A stretch of DNA of 64,000 nt from Streptosporangiaceae bacterium (GTDB lineage Bacteria > Actinomycetota > Actinomycetes > Streptosporangiales > Streptosporangiaceae). A model generated the notes under the pieces. It worked only from the letters and a program-made list of their open reading frames with translations. It searched no databases and had not been told where the DNA came from. Of this stretch, positions 24,645 through 33,032 are shown one piece after another. Made by a program: the position numbers and the translations under genes. Where the stretch lies: contig DATAVV010000383.1 in NCBI GenBank assembly GCA_036267555.1, positions 5,443 to 69,442 on the forward strand, in the 5' to 3' direction. Position 1 is the stretch's first letter, and each line of letters opens with the position of its first letter.

Positions 24645-27600
24645 ATGAATCTCTTGCGCCCGCTACGAAAAATAGTCAGCCCGGGCCGCGGTGAGAGGTC
24701 GGCAGGCCTTCAGGCGGCGCTGCAATCGCCTGATGATCCGCTCGAATTGCGTGGCGTGACGATGATCCGGCGTCTTAAGGAAACGACCGGAGATGTATTT
24801 AACGTCGGGTGGTCGCCGGACGGGAATTTTCTTGCCGCAACTTCCTTGAATGGCGGTGTCGCCGTCTGGCAGGCGACAGCCGATCAGCCCCCGCTGCGTT
24901 TGTACGGTCACGGCGCCCGCAACGTGCTGGGGCTGGCGTGGCACCCCACGCGCCCGTTACTGGCGACCGCGGCCCGTGATTGCACCGTGCGGCTGTGGAA
25001 CCTCAGCACCGGAGTTTCCGAAGTACTCAGGGAAGCCCAGGAACTCCTCGGCGTGAGTTGGTCACCAGATGGCCGATGGCTCGCTGTGACGGACGCTCAG
25101 GGTGGTGTCACCGTCTGGGATGAGAGAATTTCGGTGCAGCTTCGGCGTACTAATCTGGCGGCAAGAGAAGTCGCCCGAGCGCGCTGGTCGCCGGATGGCA
25201 GCCTGCTGATCGCCGGCGGCATGGGCATGGGCGTCGACATCCTGGGCAGCCGGAAGCTCGAATTATTGCGCGCGATAGCCTCCCATCTTCAGATCGTTGA
25301 TTTAGATGTGTCTCCCGCTGGCGACAGGATCGCGACTGCCGTCGTGAATGGCGGTGTTGTATCTATCTGGGACGTGAGCACGGGCCAGGAGTGCATTGCC
25401 CTGGAAGGTCACACCGATGAGGTCAATTGCGTACGGTTCTGCCCCGATGGCGAGTTCCTGGCCACAAGATCCGCGCGTCAGACCCGGCTGTGGCGCTGTC
25501 GCGACTGGGAGTGCGTCGCGGTCATCCCCCAGGCTTACGACCACACATGGGGAGGCCTGGACTTTCATCCCCATCAGCCGCTCCTCGCGGTCAAAGGCAA
25601 CGAAGCCGCCGAGATCAGCTGCTGGCGGCTGGACTACGACCTGCTGTTCGGCGCCCAGGTCCGGGCCGATTCCCGGCGCTATGCCAACGCCAAGGTAGTG
25701 CTGCTCGGGGACACCGGGGTGGGCAAGTCCGGGCTGGGGCTGGTGCTCAGCGGCCAGGAGTACCGGCCGACGGACTCAACGCACGGCCGCAACGTCTGGA
25801 CGTTCGGCGCCGAGCAGGTGGAGGCGCCGGGCGGCGGTAGCCAGACGCGTGAGGTGCTGCTGTGGGACCTGGCCGGGCAACCCGGCTACCGGCTTGTCCA
25901 CCAACTGCACCTGAACGAGGTGGCGGTGGCCCTGATCGTGTTCGATTCGCGCAGCGAGACCGACCCGTTCTCAGGCGTCAAGCACTGGGTGCGGGCACTG
26001 GCCCAGGCGCGGCGCCTGGAAGGCGACGCCGCCGTGCCGCTGCGGGCCTACCTGGTGGCGGCGCGGGCCGACCGCGGCGGGGTTGCGGTCACCCGAGACC
26101 GGGTCCGGGCCATGGTGGGCGAACTCGGCCTGGACGGATTCTTCGAGACCAGCGCGAAGGAGGGCTGGCAGGTCACCGACCTGGCCCAGGAGATCAGGAC
26201 GGCCATCGACTGGGAGGCGCTCCCGATGGTCAGTTCCAACGCGCTGTTCGACTCGATCAAGCAGTACCTGGTGGAGGAGAAGCAGCAGGGACGGCTGCTG
26301 TCCACCGTCGACGACCTGTTCCGGGGTTTCCAGCGGACACAGCCCGGCAGCGCCGAAGGCCCGGGGCTACGGGCCAGCTTCGCGGCCTGTGTCGGCCGGG
26401 TCGAGAGCCGAGGGCTCATCCGCCGGCTGCACTTTGGTGGCCTGGTGCTGCTGCAGCCGGAACTGCTGGACGCGTACGCCTCGGCGATGGTCCAGGCCGC
26501 GAAGGAGGAGCCGGAAGGGCTCGGGTTCATCACCGAGCAGGCGGCTCTGAACGGGGACTTCCGGCTGGGGGAGAGCGAGCGGATCACGGACCGGGTCCAG
26601 GAGAAGCTGCTGCTGATCGCGACCGTGGAGGAGTTGCTCCGGCACGAGATCGCGCTGAAGGAGACGACCGACCGCGGAGCCGACCTGGTGTTCCCGTCCC
26701 AGTTCACCAGGGAACGGCCCGACCCGCCCGGCATCCCGGGCCAGCAGGTCGTGTTCACCTTCGAGGGCCCGCTGTACAGCATTTACGCCACGCTGGCCGT
26801 GCGCCTGTCCCACTCCCTGCTGTTCCAGCGCGAAGACATGTGGCAGAACGTCGCGTCCTATACCGCGACCGGCGGCGGGCGCTGCGGCCTTCACGTGCGC
26901 GAACTGGACGAAGGCCGAGGCGAGCTCGTCCTGTTCTTCGACGGGCAGGCCGGGCCGGCGGTGCGCATCCAGTTCGAGGCCTACGTCTTCGAGCACCTCA
27001 GACTGCGCGCGATCCGGGGAACGGTCAGTCGCCGGGGCATCCGGACCTGTTCCCGGTGCGGGTACGTCGTCCCGGAGAATCTGATCCGGCGGCGGCTCGA
27101 CCGGAACGCGGCCAGCCTGCGCTGCCCGGACTGCGAGGAGGCAGTCATCAGCCTGGTCGATGAGCCATCCCGTGAGGGCACCGCGACCGACGCGGCGGTG
27201 GCCGAGATGAACCGCAGCGCAGACGCGCAGCGCAACCGGAACATCGCCGAGACGCGGCTGAAGGGCAAGATCGAGGCGAACGACTACGACGTGTTCCTCT
27301 GCTACAACACCCGGGACCGGCAGCAGGTCAAGGCCATCGCCGGCCGTCTCAAGGAGTACGGCATCCTGCCCTGGCTTGACGTGTGGGACGTCCGCCCTGG
27401 CACCCGCTGGCAGGACGAGCTCGCGCGGCAGATCACGTCGATCAACGCGGCTGCCGTGTTCCTCGGCCCCGGGAGAACGGGACCCTGGCAGGACCTCGAG
27501 ATCCAGGAGATCCTGCAGCAGTTCGCCAAGCGCAAGCGCCCCGTCATCCCGGTCATCCTGGAGGGCCGCGCCGGCCGGCCGCAACTCCCCGGATTCCTCG

Positions 27601-27695
27601 GCCTGTGGCATGTGGTCGACATGCGCCAGGCGGAGCCCGAGCCGATGGGCCAGCTCGTCTGGGGCATCACCGGAGAGAAACAGCCGCTGGCCTAG
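24645..27695 (+). CDS. WD40 - Roc-type small GTPase - COR-like - zinc ribbon - TIR multidomain protein (1016 aa)
   Basis: See the domain sub-features below. A GGGGGGA RBS lies 4 nt before the ATG. The gap to pip is 90 nt. The 5' third is visibly lower in G+C than its neighbours. Confidence 0.9.
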   Translation: MNLLRPLRKIVSPGRGERSAGLQAALQSPDDPLELRGVTMIRRLKETTGDVFNVGWSPDGNFLAATSLNGGVAVWQATADQPPLRLYGHGARNVLGLAWHPTRPLLATAARDCTVRLWNLSTGVSEVLREAQELLGVSWSPDGRWLAVTDAQGGVTVWDERISVQLRRTNLAAREVARARWSPDGSLLIAGGMGMGVDILGSRKLELLRAIASHLQIVDLDVSPAGDRIATAVVNGGVVSIWDVSTGQECIALEGHTDEVNCVRFCPDGEFLATRSARQTRLWRCRDWECVAVIPQAYDHTWGGLDFHPHQPLLAVKGNEAAEISCWRLDYDLLFGAQVRADSRRYANAKVVLLGDTGVGKSGLGLVLSGQEYRPTDSTHGRNVWTFGAEQVEAPGGGSQTREVLLWDLAGQPGYRLVHQLHLNEVAVALIVFDSRSETDPFSGVKHWVRALAQARRLEGDAAVPLRAYLVAARADRGGVAVTRDRVRAMVGELGLDGFFETSAKEGWQVTDLAQEIRTAIDWEALPMVSSNALFDSIKQYLVEEKQQGRLLSTVDDLFRGFQRTQPGSAEGPGLRASFAACVGRVESRGLIRRLHFGGLVLLQPELLDAYASAMVQAAKEEPEGLGFITEQAALNGDFRLGESERITDRVQEKLLLIATVEELLRHEIALKETTDRGADLVFPSQFTRERPDPPGIPGQQVVFTFEGPLYSIYATLAVRLSHSLLFQREDMWQNVASYTATGGGRCGLHVRELDEGRGELVLFFDGQAGPAVRIQFEAYVFEHLRLRAIRGTVSRRGIRTCSRCGYVVPENLIRRRLDRNAASLRCPDCEEAVISLVDEPSREGTATDAAVAEMNRSADAQRNRNIAETRLKGKIEANDYDVFLCYNTRDRQQVKAIAGRLKEYGILPWLDVWDVRPGTRWQDELARQITSINAAAVFLGPGRTGPWQDLEIQEILQQFAKRKRPVIPVILEGRAGRPQLPGFLGLWHVVDMRQAEPEPMGQLVWGITGEKQPLA
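24771..25640 (+). other. Domain: WD40-like beta-propeller (about 7 blades)
   Basis: Repeated units are GWSPDGNFLAAT..VAVWQ, LAWHPTRPLLATA..VRLWN, VSWSPDGRWLAVT..VTVWD, ARWSPDGSLLIAG, LDVSPAGDRIATA..VSIWD, VRFCPDGEFLATR..TRLWR and LDFHPHQPLLAVK..ISCWR. Confidence 0.85.
25686..26204 (+). other. Domain: Ras/Roc-like GTPase
   Basis: G1 is KVVLLGDTGVGKS (K361). G3 is LLWDLAGQ. G4 is degenerate (ARAD instead of NKxD). G5 is TSAK. Confidence 0.8.
26217..27029 (+). other. Domain: COR-like region (assigned by position and length after Roc)
   Basis: A ~270-aa helical/wHTH-looking segment (GLIRRLHFGGLVLLQPELLDAYASAMV ..) sits immediately C-terminal to the GTPase. No diagnostic motif could be verified by eye. 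Confidence 0.4.
27048..27137 (+). other. Domain: CxxC...CxxC zinc ribbon
   Basis: CSRCGYVVPENLIRRRLDRNAASLRCPDCE, with cysteines C802, C805, C827 and C830. Confidence 0.7.
27282..27659 (+). other. Domain: TIR
   Basis: YDVFLCYNTRDRQQVKAIAGRLKEYGILPWLDVWDVRPGTRWQDEL..AAAVFLGPG..GPWQDLEIQE. The WxxxE arrangement places the candidate catalytic Glu at E952 (nt 27498-27500). Confidence 0.85.
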
Positions 27696-27715
27696 CGCGG
27701 GCCGGTCCGGTGCCG

Positions 27716-28013
27716 CTAGGCGTTGCCGGATATCGCGGCGTTCCAGAACTTCTGGATCTCCGGGTAGATCAGGCGTCGAACGGGTTGGTGAAGAAGCTGG
27801 TGACCGACAGCATGTTGACGATCGCGCCGCCGTTGCGGCCGAGCACCGGCGCGAAGGCCCGGCACATGCTCAGCGTGCCGAAGTAGTTGGTCTCCATCTC
27901 CAGCCGGGCCGCGTCGAGGTTCGGCGCGCCGGGGAACGTGCTGTACTGCAGCACGCCCGCGTTGTTCACCAGCAGGCTGACGTCCGCGCAGCCTAAAGCT
28001 ATGGGGATGAGCG
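27716..28013 (-). pseudogene. SDR-family gene remnant (N-terminus missing, internal deletion/frameshift)
   Basis: The minus strand reads ..ADVSLLVNNAGV..NYFGTLSMCRAFAPVLGRNGGAIVNMLSVTSF, then a stop at 27769. A C-terminal-looking tail RLIYPEIQKFWNAAISGNA* follows in another frame (stop 27716-27718). The TGxxxGxG Rossmann motif and the YxxxK catalytic motif are both absent. Confidence 0.5.
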
Positions 28014-28976
28014 TCAGCGCCTGGCCTTGTACTCGTAGAACGTGGTGTTCACCGCGCAGGTACCCGGCTGGATGATGCTCACCCGCAGCACGCCGGTGGC
28101 GGTGTCGTAGTCGTCGCCCTCGGCCTCGAACGTTCCGGTGCAGGAACTGCGCTGCGGAATCGAGCCGAGGTCGATGACGTGGCCGGCCACGCTGTGGCCG
28201 TTCAGCTTCCGGGCCAGGACGACCTCCAGCAGCGGCTTGGCGTTGCTGAACAGGGTCTGCGTCGAGTCGTCGGACTCGCAGATCAGCCGCCGGGCGGTGA
28301 CGAAGTCGCAGCCCTGGATGTCGTTGACCGGGTGGTCCAGCTTGACGTACCCGGCGAGCCGCAGCGACCCGCCCTTGCGCGCGGTGGCCCGGTTCAGGAT
28401 CGGCGTCGGGTAGATCTGCAGGTGCGTCATCGTGTTCCACTCGCCGGAGAGCGTCCAGCGGGTGCTGGGCGAGACCGCCACCCACGAGTTGTTGTACAAC
28501 TCGCCGGTGACCAGCGTGTGCACGTACTGGTACTGAGCGCCGGACGGCGTGGTGACCAGGTACATCTTCGACGTGCCCGTGCTGGCCTTCCACTGGTAGT
28601 CGTCGAAGATGTAGCCGCGCGCCGAGTCCGGGTCGCCGATGTGCTGCCAGCCCGCCACGGCCAGGGGGATCGAGATCGACCCGAGGCCCCGGTAGAGCGT
28701 GTATGGCGTGCCGTGGCGGGGCGTGACCGTCGCCACGCCCTCGCCCGCGGTCAGCGTGGGCTCGGTGTAGCTGCGGGCCTGCCGCCAGCCCGCGATGCCG
28801 TGTGCGGACAGCGGGCGGGTCACGCCGGCGGCGCGGGCGGCGGCCGCGGCGGGGGTGGCGGGGGCGGGCAGGAAGACAGCCAGCGCGAGCCCGGCGGAAA
28901 CGGCGACGGCCGCTCCGGCGGCGGCCACCCGGAGGCGGTGGCGAGCTGCCACGCGGAAGATTTGGGGCGCAGTCAC
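28014..28976 (-). CDS. Secreted protein of unknown function (320 aa)
   Basis: The N-terminus (RVAAAGAAVAVSAGLALAVFLPAPATPAAAAARA) looks like a signal or Tat-like leader. The rest has coding-like composition (Y/W/T-rich, few R/P runs). I recognise no family motif. Confidence 0.6.
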   Translation of the reverse strand: MTAPQIFRVAARHRLRVAAAGAAVAVSAGLALAVFLPAPATPAAAAARAAGVTRPLSAHGIAGWRQARSYTEPTLTAGEGVATVTPRHGTPYTLYRGLGSISIPLAVAGWQHIGDPDSARGYIFDDYQWKASTGTSKMYLVTTPSGAQYQYVHTLVTGELYNNSWVAVSPSTRWTLSGEWNTMTHLQIYPTPILNRATARKGGSLRLAGYVKLDHPVNDIQGCDFVTARRLICESDDSTQTLFSNAKPLLEVVLARKLNGHSVAGHVIDLGSIPQRSSCTGTFEAEGDDYDTATGVLRVSIIQPGTCAVNTTFYEYKARR

Positions 28977-29067
28977 AGTCGCACTATGTCAGAACCTGTG
29001 CCGGTTCGCGGCGTGACCCCGGGCACTGGGCCGTGCGGTGCCGCCGCCGCGCGCCTAGGGTCGTGTC

Positions 29068-30480
29068 ATGGAGCCAGCACAGCAGGCCGTGACCGCGCCC
29101 GGGGTGCTGCTCGAGGCGCTGGGCCGGGGCCTGCCCGGCGACCGCGTCGTGGCCGATCCCGACGTGCTCGCCGCGATCTCGCACGACGAGGCCGAGTGGG
29201 CGCCGGCCGCGGCCGCGGCCGCCGGGGTGCGCGCGCGGTCCGAGGCCGAGGTGCAGCACGTGGTGCGGGTCTGCGCCGAACTGACCGTGCCGGTCGTGCC
29301 GCGCGGGGCGGGCACCGGGCTGTCCGGCGGGGCGAACGCGGTCAGCGGCTGCGTCATCCTCGACCTGTCGCGCATGAACCAGGTCCTCGAGATCGACCCC
29401 GACAACCTGGTGTGCGTCGTGCAGCCCGGCGCGGTCAACAACGACGTCAAGGCGGCCGTGGCCGAGCACGGCCTGTGGTACCCGCCGGATCCGGCCAGCG
29501 CCCCGTGGTCCACGATCGGCGGCAACGTCGCCACCAACGCCGGCGGCCTGTGCTGCCTGAAGTACGGCGTCACCCGGGACTACGTGCTCGGCCTGCGCGC
29601 GGTCGTCGGCGGGCCTGTCGCCTACGGCGACGCCGTGCGCCTCGGCCGGCGCACCACCAAGGGCGTGGCCGGGCTCGACCTGGCCGGGCTGTTCGTCGGG
29701 GCCGAGGGCACGCTCGGGGTCGTAACCGAGGTGACGCTGCGGCTTCGGCCCGCGCCGGCGGGCACGCCGCGCACGATCGTCGGCGCGTTCGGTGACCTGG
29801 TCTCCTCGGGCCGGGCCGTAGCCCAGATCACCCGGCGCGGGCTCACCCCGGCCGTGCTTGAACTGCTCGACCGGGCCTGCCTGGAAGCGGTCGAGGACTG
29901 GAAGCACCTGGGCCTGGAGGCGGACGCCGCCGCGCTGCTGCTGGCCCGCGTGGACACGCCGGGGGACTCCGGTGCGGCCGAGTCCGCCGCGGTCGCGTCG
30001 ACCATGACCGGCGCCGGGGCGCTCTGGGTCGAGCAGTCGACCGACGAGACCGAGGCCGAGGCGCTGTTCGAGGCGCGGCGGCTGGCCTACCCGGCGCTGG
30101 AACGGCTCGGCCCGGTGCTCACCGAGGATGTCTGCGTGCCGCGGTCCAAGGTCCCGGAGATGCTGGAGCGGGTGAGCGCGATCGCCGCCCGCCGCGGCGT
30201 GCGGGTCGCGACGATCGCCCACGCGGGCGACGGCAACCTGCACCCGCTGCTGATCACGCCGCCGGGCGACGAGGCGGCGCGGGTCGCGGCCCAGGCCGCG
30301 TTCGAGGAGTTCCTCGACGCGGCGATCGCGCTCGGCGGCACGGTCACCGGTGAGCACGGGGTCGGGATCCTGAAGCGGGATGGCATGCGCCGCGAACTCG
30401 ACCCCGGTTCCCTGGCGCTGCAGTCCGCGGTGCGCCGCGCCCTCGACCCGCTGGAGATCTTCAACCCGGGCAAGGGCTGA
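29068..30480 (+). CDS. FAD-binding oxidase (GlcD / D-lactate dehydrogenase-like)
   Basis: VVPRGAGTGLSGGA FAD motif and GEHGVGILKR C-terminal motif. The length is 470 aa. Confidence 0.88.
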   Translation: MEPAQQAVTAPGVLLEALGRGLPGDRVVADPDVLAAISHDEAEWAPAAAAAAGVRARSEAEVQHVVRVCAELTVPVVPRGAGTGLSGGANAVSGCVILDLSRMNQVLEIDPDNLVCVVQPGAVNNDVKAAVAEHGLWYPPDPASAPWSTIGGNVATNAGGLCCLKYGVTRDYVLGLRAVVGGPVAYGDAVRLGRRTTKGVAGLDLAGLFVGAEGTLGVVTEVTLRLRPAPAGTPRTIVGAFGDLVSSGRAVAQITRRGLTPAVLELLDRACLEAVEDWKHLGLEADAAALLLARVDTPGDSGAAESAAVASTMTGAGALWVEQSTDETEAEALFEARRLAYPALERLGPVLTEDVCVPRSKVPEMLERVSAIAARRGVRVATIAHAGDGNLHPLLITPPGDEAARVAAQAAFEEFLDAAIALGGTVTGEHGVGILKRDGMRRELDPGSLALQSAVRRALDPLEIFNPGKG

Positions 30481-30499
30481 CGCCGGGCCCGCGGTGCCG

Positions 30500-31258
30500 T
30501 CAGGGCTTGCGGGCCTCGATGAGGAACCGCGCGCTGTGCGCCACGAACGGGCCGTCGGCCTCGATCCGGTCGTGCAGCGCACGCAGCCGGCCGGCGTAGC
30601 GCTCCACGCTGAAGTCCGGCACCATCCAGATCACCTTGCGCAGGAAGTAGACCACCGCCCCGATGTCGAAGAACTCGACGCGCAGCGTCTCCGGGCGCAG
30701 GCTGGTGACCTCCAGGCCCGCGGCCTGCGCCCGGGCCCTGGCCTTCCCGGGATCACGCCTGCCCCGGACATCGGGCGGCTGCGGGCCGAGGAACCACTCG
30801 ACGAGTTCGAACACGCTGGCCGGGCCGACCTGCTGCGAGAAATACGTGCCGCCCGGCTGCAGCACCCGTGCGATCTCCGCCCACCGGGTGACCACCGGAT
30901 GGCGGGAAACCACCAGGTCGAAGGCTTCCGCCGCGAACGGCAGCGGCGGCTTGTCCTCGTCGGCGACCACGGCCACCCCGCGCGGGTGCAGCAGCCGGGT
31001 CGCCTTGACCACGTTCGGCGGCCACGCCTCGGTGGCCACGGTCAGCGGGGCCAGGTGTGCGGCTCCGGCCAGCACCTCGCCGCCACCGGTCTGGATGTCC
31101 AACGCGGCGCGGGCGCTGGCCATCTTCGCGCCCATCGCTCGCTGGTAGCCCCACGAGGGACGCTCCTCGGTGGCCCGGCCGTCCAGCCACGAGAAGTCCC
31201 AGCCGTCGACCGAAACGCAGCCGGCCTCGGCGATCAAGTCCTCGAACGCGCGCGACAT
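30500..31258 (-). CDS. Class I SAM-dependent methyltransferase
   Basis: The start is taken at ATG 31258 (MSRAFEDL). ALDIQTGGGEVL is motif I-like. FDLVVSRH and LQPGGTYF are also present. The upstream ORF extension is R/G/A-rich and non-coding-looking. Confidence 0.75.
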   Translation of the reverse strand: MSRAFEDLIAEAGCVSVDGWDFSWLDGRATEERPSWGYQRAMGAKMASARAALDIQTGGGEVLAGAAHLAPLTVATEAWPPNVVKATRLLHPRGVAVVADEDKPPLPFAAEAFDLVVSRHPVVTRWAEIARVLQPGGTYFSQQVGPASVFELVEWFLGPQPPDVRGRRDPGKARARAQAAGLEVTSLRPETLRVEFFDIGAVVYFLRKVIWMVPDFSVERYAGRLRALHDRIEADGPFVAHSARFLIEARKP

Positions 31259-31645
31259 GCCATCATCCCTACACCAACGGGCCCAGGTGCACGCAAACGA
31301 GTTGGCCCTACCGCCCCGGATGGACATGACCGCGGGCCAGGCGGTCCGGACGCGGGAGGTGGCGCCGGACGGCGCGACCGTCAGGCCGCCGGGCGCGGCG
31401 ACGAGTACCTGGTCCGGATGCCAGGGCCCTGGGACGGCCCGGTGCGCGTCGTGCACACCGGCGCGGCCTCGTTCCGGTTCGCCACCCTGGCGGGCCACCT
31501 GGAGGCGGGGGAAATCGAATTCCGGCGGGCGGCCGCTCTCGCGGGCGGCCGGCCGCGGGGAGGCGTGACCATCCGGACGCGCTGGGTCGACTGGCCCCCG
31601 CCCGGCCGTGACGATCGGCCGGCTGAAACCGCGGCGGAGGTGTGA
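31257..31645 (+). pseudogene. DUF1990-like gene remnant (frameshifted, N-terminal part missing)
   Basis: One frame reads YLVRMPGPWDGPVRVVHTGAASFRFATLAGHLEAGEIEF, resembling the DUF1990 core ..RVV..F.YGTL.GHPE.GEE.F (from memory). The preceding segment RMDMTAGQAVRTREVAPDGATV is in a different frame. The expected N-terminal third would collide with the divergent methyltransferase. Confidence 0.35.
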
Positions 31646-31752
31646 CCGCCCGGGACGCGGGTAGCCCTGGCCTCAGCGGCGAGGTTCGCCGTCGGCCGCC
31701 GCGTCGGCCTGGCCCGGGGCCTGGCGCTGTGACCTGGGACTACGGCCCAAGC

Positions 31753-31781
31753 TTGCTTTAGTATGCGGTGCTTGCTAAAGT
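31753..31781 (+). promoter_or_regulatory. Sigma70-like promoter TTGCTT-17 nt-TAAAGT overlapped by palindrome TGCTAA-ag-TTAGCA (31773-31786)
   Basis: The hexamers and spacing were read directly from the sequence. The site lies 37 nt upstream of ATG 31818, which has a strong AAGGAGAG RBS. Confidence 0.35.
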
Positions 31782-31817
31782 TAGCAGTGTTCATTCGGGT
31801 CGATCAAGGAGAGACAT

Positions 31818-32360
31818 ATGAGCAGCCTGACCAGGCAATACAGCGCTGCCGCGAGCCAGGCTCGCGACGCCGCAGGCAAGACCGCCGACTACTGGACCCA
31901 GCGCACGCGGACGCTGACGCAGACCACGCGGACGCTGGCCGGATACCTTCCCGAGGTCCGGCAGGTGGATCTGGTCCCGGTCGTCGAGCGCTACTTCGAC
32001 TTCGTGCAGCGGACCGTGGACGCCAATCGCCGCGTCGCCGTCAAGGTGGCACGGGCCGCGGGCACGCTGCCCGTGGCCGCCCGCGACCGGGCCGGGGAGG
32101 CCGGGCAGGCCGTGCGCGAGAAGGCCACCGCCGCGGAGCAGGCATTTGACGAGCACACCGAGAAGGCCGCGCACGAACTGGCGCGCGAGGCCCGCAAGGT
32201 CGAGCGCGAGCAGGGCCGGCGCGCCCAGGCCAAGGCCCGCGAGCCGTACGAGGGCCTGACCAAGGCCGAGCTGAGCGACCGGCTGGCCAAGCGGGGCCTG
32301 CCCAAGACGGGCAACGTCGAGGACCTCATCGAGCGCCTCGTCGAGTCCGACGCCAGGTAA
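31818..32360 (+). CDS. Hypothetical protein with C-terminal SAP/Rho_N-like helix-extended-helix motif
   Basis: Strong RBS. The body is charged and helical. The C-terminus LTKAELSDRLAKRGLPKTGNVEDLIERL matches the SAP/Rho-N pattern. Confidence 0.7.
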   Translation: MSSLTRQYSAAASQARDAAGKTADYWTQRTRTLTQTTRTLAGYLPEVRQVDLVPVVERYFDFVQRTVDANRRVAVKVARAAGTLPVAARDRAGEAGQAVREKATAAEQAFDEHTEKAAHELAREARKVEREQGRRAQAKAREPYEGLTKAELSDRLAKRGLPKTGNVEDLIERLVESDAR

Positions 32361-32382
32361 GCCCCTCGCCCAGCCACGACGC

Positions 32383-32416
32383 CCGGGCCGGAGCACACGC
32401 TCCGGCCCGGTTTCTC
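32383..32416 (+). terminator. Rho-independent terminator
   Basis: CCGGGCCGGAGC-acac-GCTCCGGCCCGG forms a perfect 12-bp stem, followed by TTTCTC. Confidence 0.75.
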
Positions 32417-32465
32417 ATGGAATGGGCCAGCGTGGGGGCGCCGGCGGGGAGCTTAGGGTGGTCGC

Positions 32466-33032
32466 GTGGATGCCGCGCAGCGACAGTTGAGTGAGCGGAT
32501 CGACGACGCGACCCAGCGCCTGCTGGGCACGGCGCGGGTGCTGACCGATCCTGGCCTGCGGGAGCCGTCGATGCTGCCGGGCTGGAGCCGGGCGTATGTG
32601 CTCGCGCACCTGGCCCGCGGCGCCGACGCCATGCGCGATCTCCTGGTCGGGGCCAGGACGGGGGAGGACGGGTCCGCGTACGCCGGCAGCGAGTACCGGG
32701 CGGCCGGCATCGAGCAGGGCGCCCGCGGCAGCGCGAAGGACCTGGCGGCAGACGTGGCCGACTCGGCGATGGCCTTGCGCACGATCGCCCGGCAGTTGCC
32801 CGGCTCCGCCTGGCAGGTGTACCTGCGGATCCCGGGCCTGGTCCCGTTCCCGGCCGCCCAGTTGCTGGCCCGGCGGCTGGTCGAGGTCGAACTGCACCAC
32901 GCCGACCTCGGTGCTGGTTACGGCCCGGAGAACTGGCCGGCCGAGTTCACGGCCATGGAACTGGCCGAGCCGATGCGCACGCAACGCCAGGACCGGCTCG
33001 ACTGGGCCGGGCCGCCCGGGACCACCGCCTAG
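32466..33032 (+). CDS. Maleylpyruvate-isomerase-family mycothiol-dependent enzyme (DinB-like)
   Basis: GTG start. LREPSMLPGWSRAYVLAHLARGADAMRDLL is the family N-terminal motif. ELHHADLGAGY is also present. Confidence 0.75.
   Translation: MDAAQRQLSERIDDATQRLLGTARVLTDPGLREPSMLPGWSRAYVLAHLARGADAMRDLLVGARTGEDGSAYAGSEYRAAGIEQGARGSAKDLAADVADSAMALRTIARQLPGSAWQVYLRIPGLVPFPAAQLLARRLVEVELHHADLGAGYGPENWPAEFTAMELAEPMRTQRQDRLDWAGPPGTTA

Noticed and set aside
25862-27611. 433-aa plus-strand and 414-aa minus-strand ORFs inside the WD40-Roc-TIR gene
   Set aside because: They are out-of-frame or antisense, with R/G/P-rich low-complexity translations. The annotated frame carries the P-loop, zinc-ribbon and TIR motifs.
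28179-30582. 538-aa plus-strand and 532-aa minus-strand ORFs
   Set aside because: These are shadow ORFs overlapping the secreted-protein gene and the FAD oxidase. Their composition is extreme in Arg/Gly/Pro.
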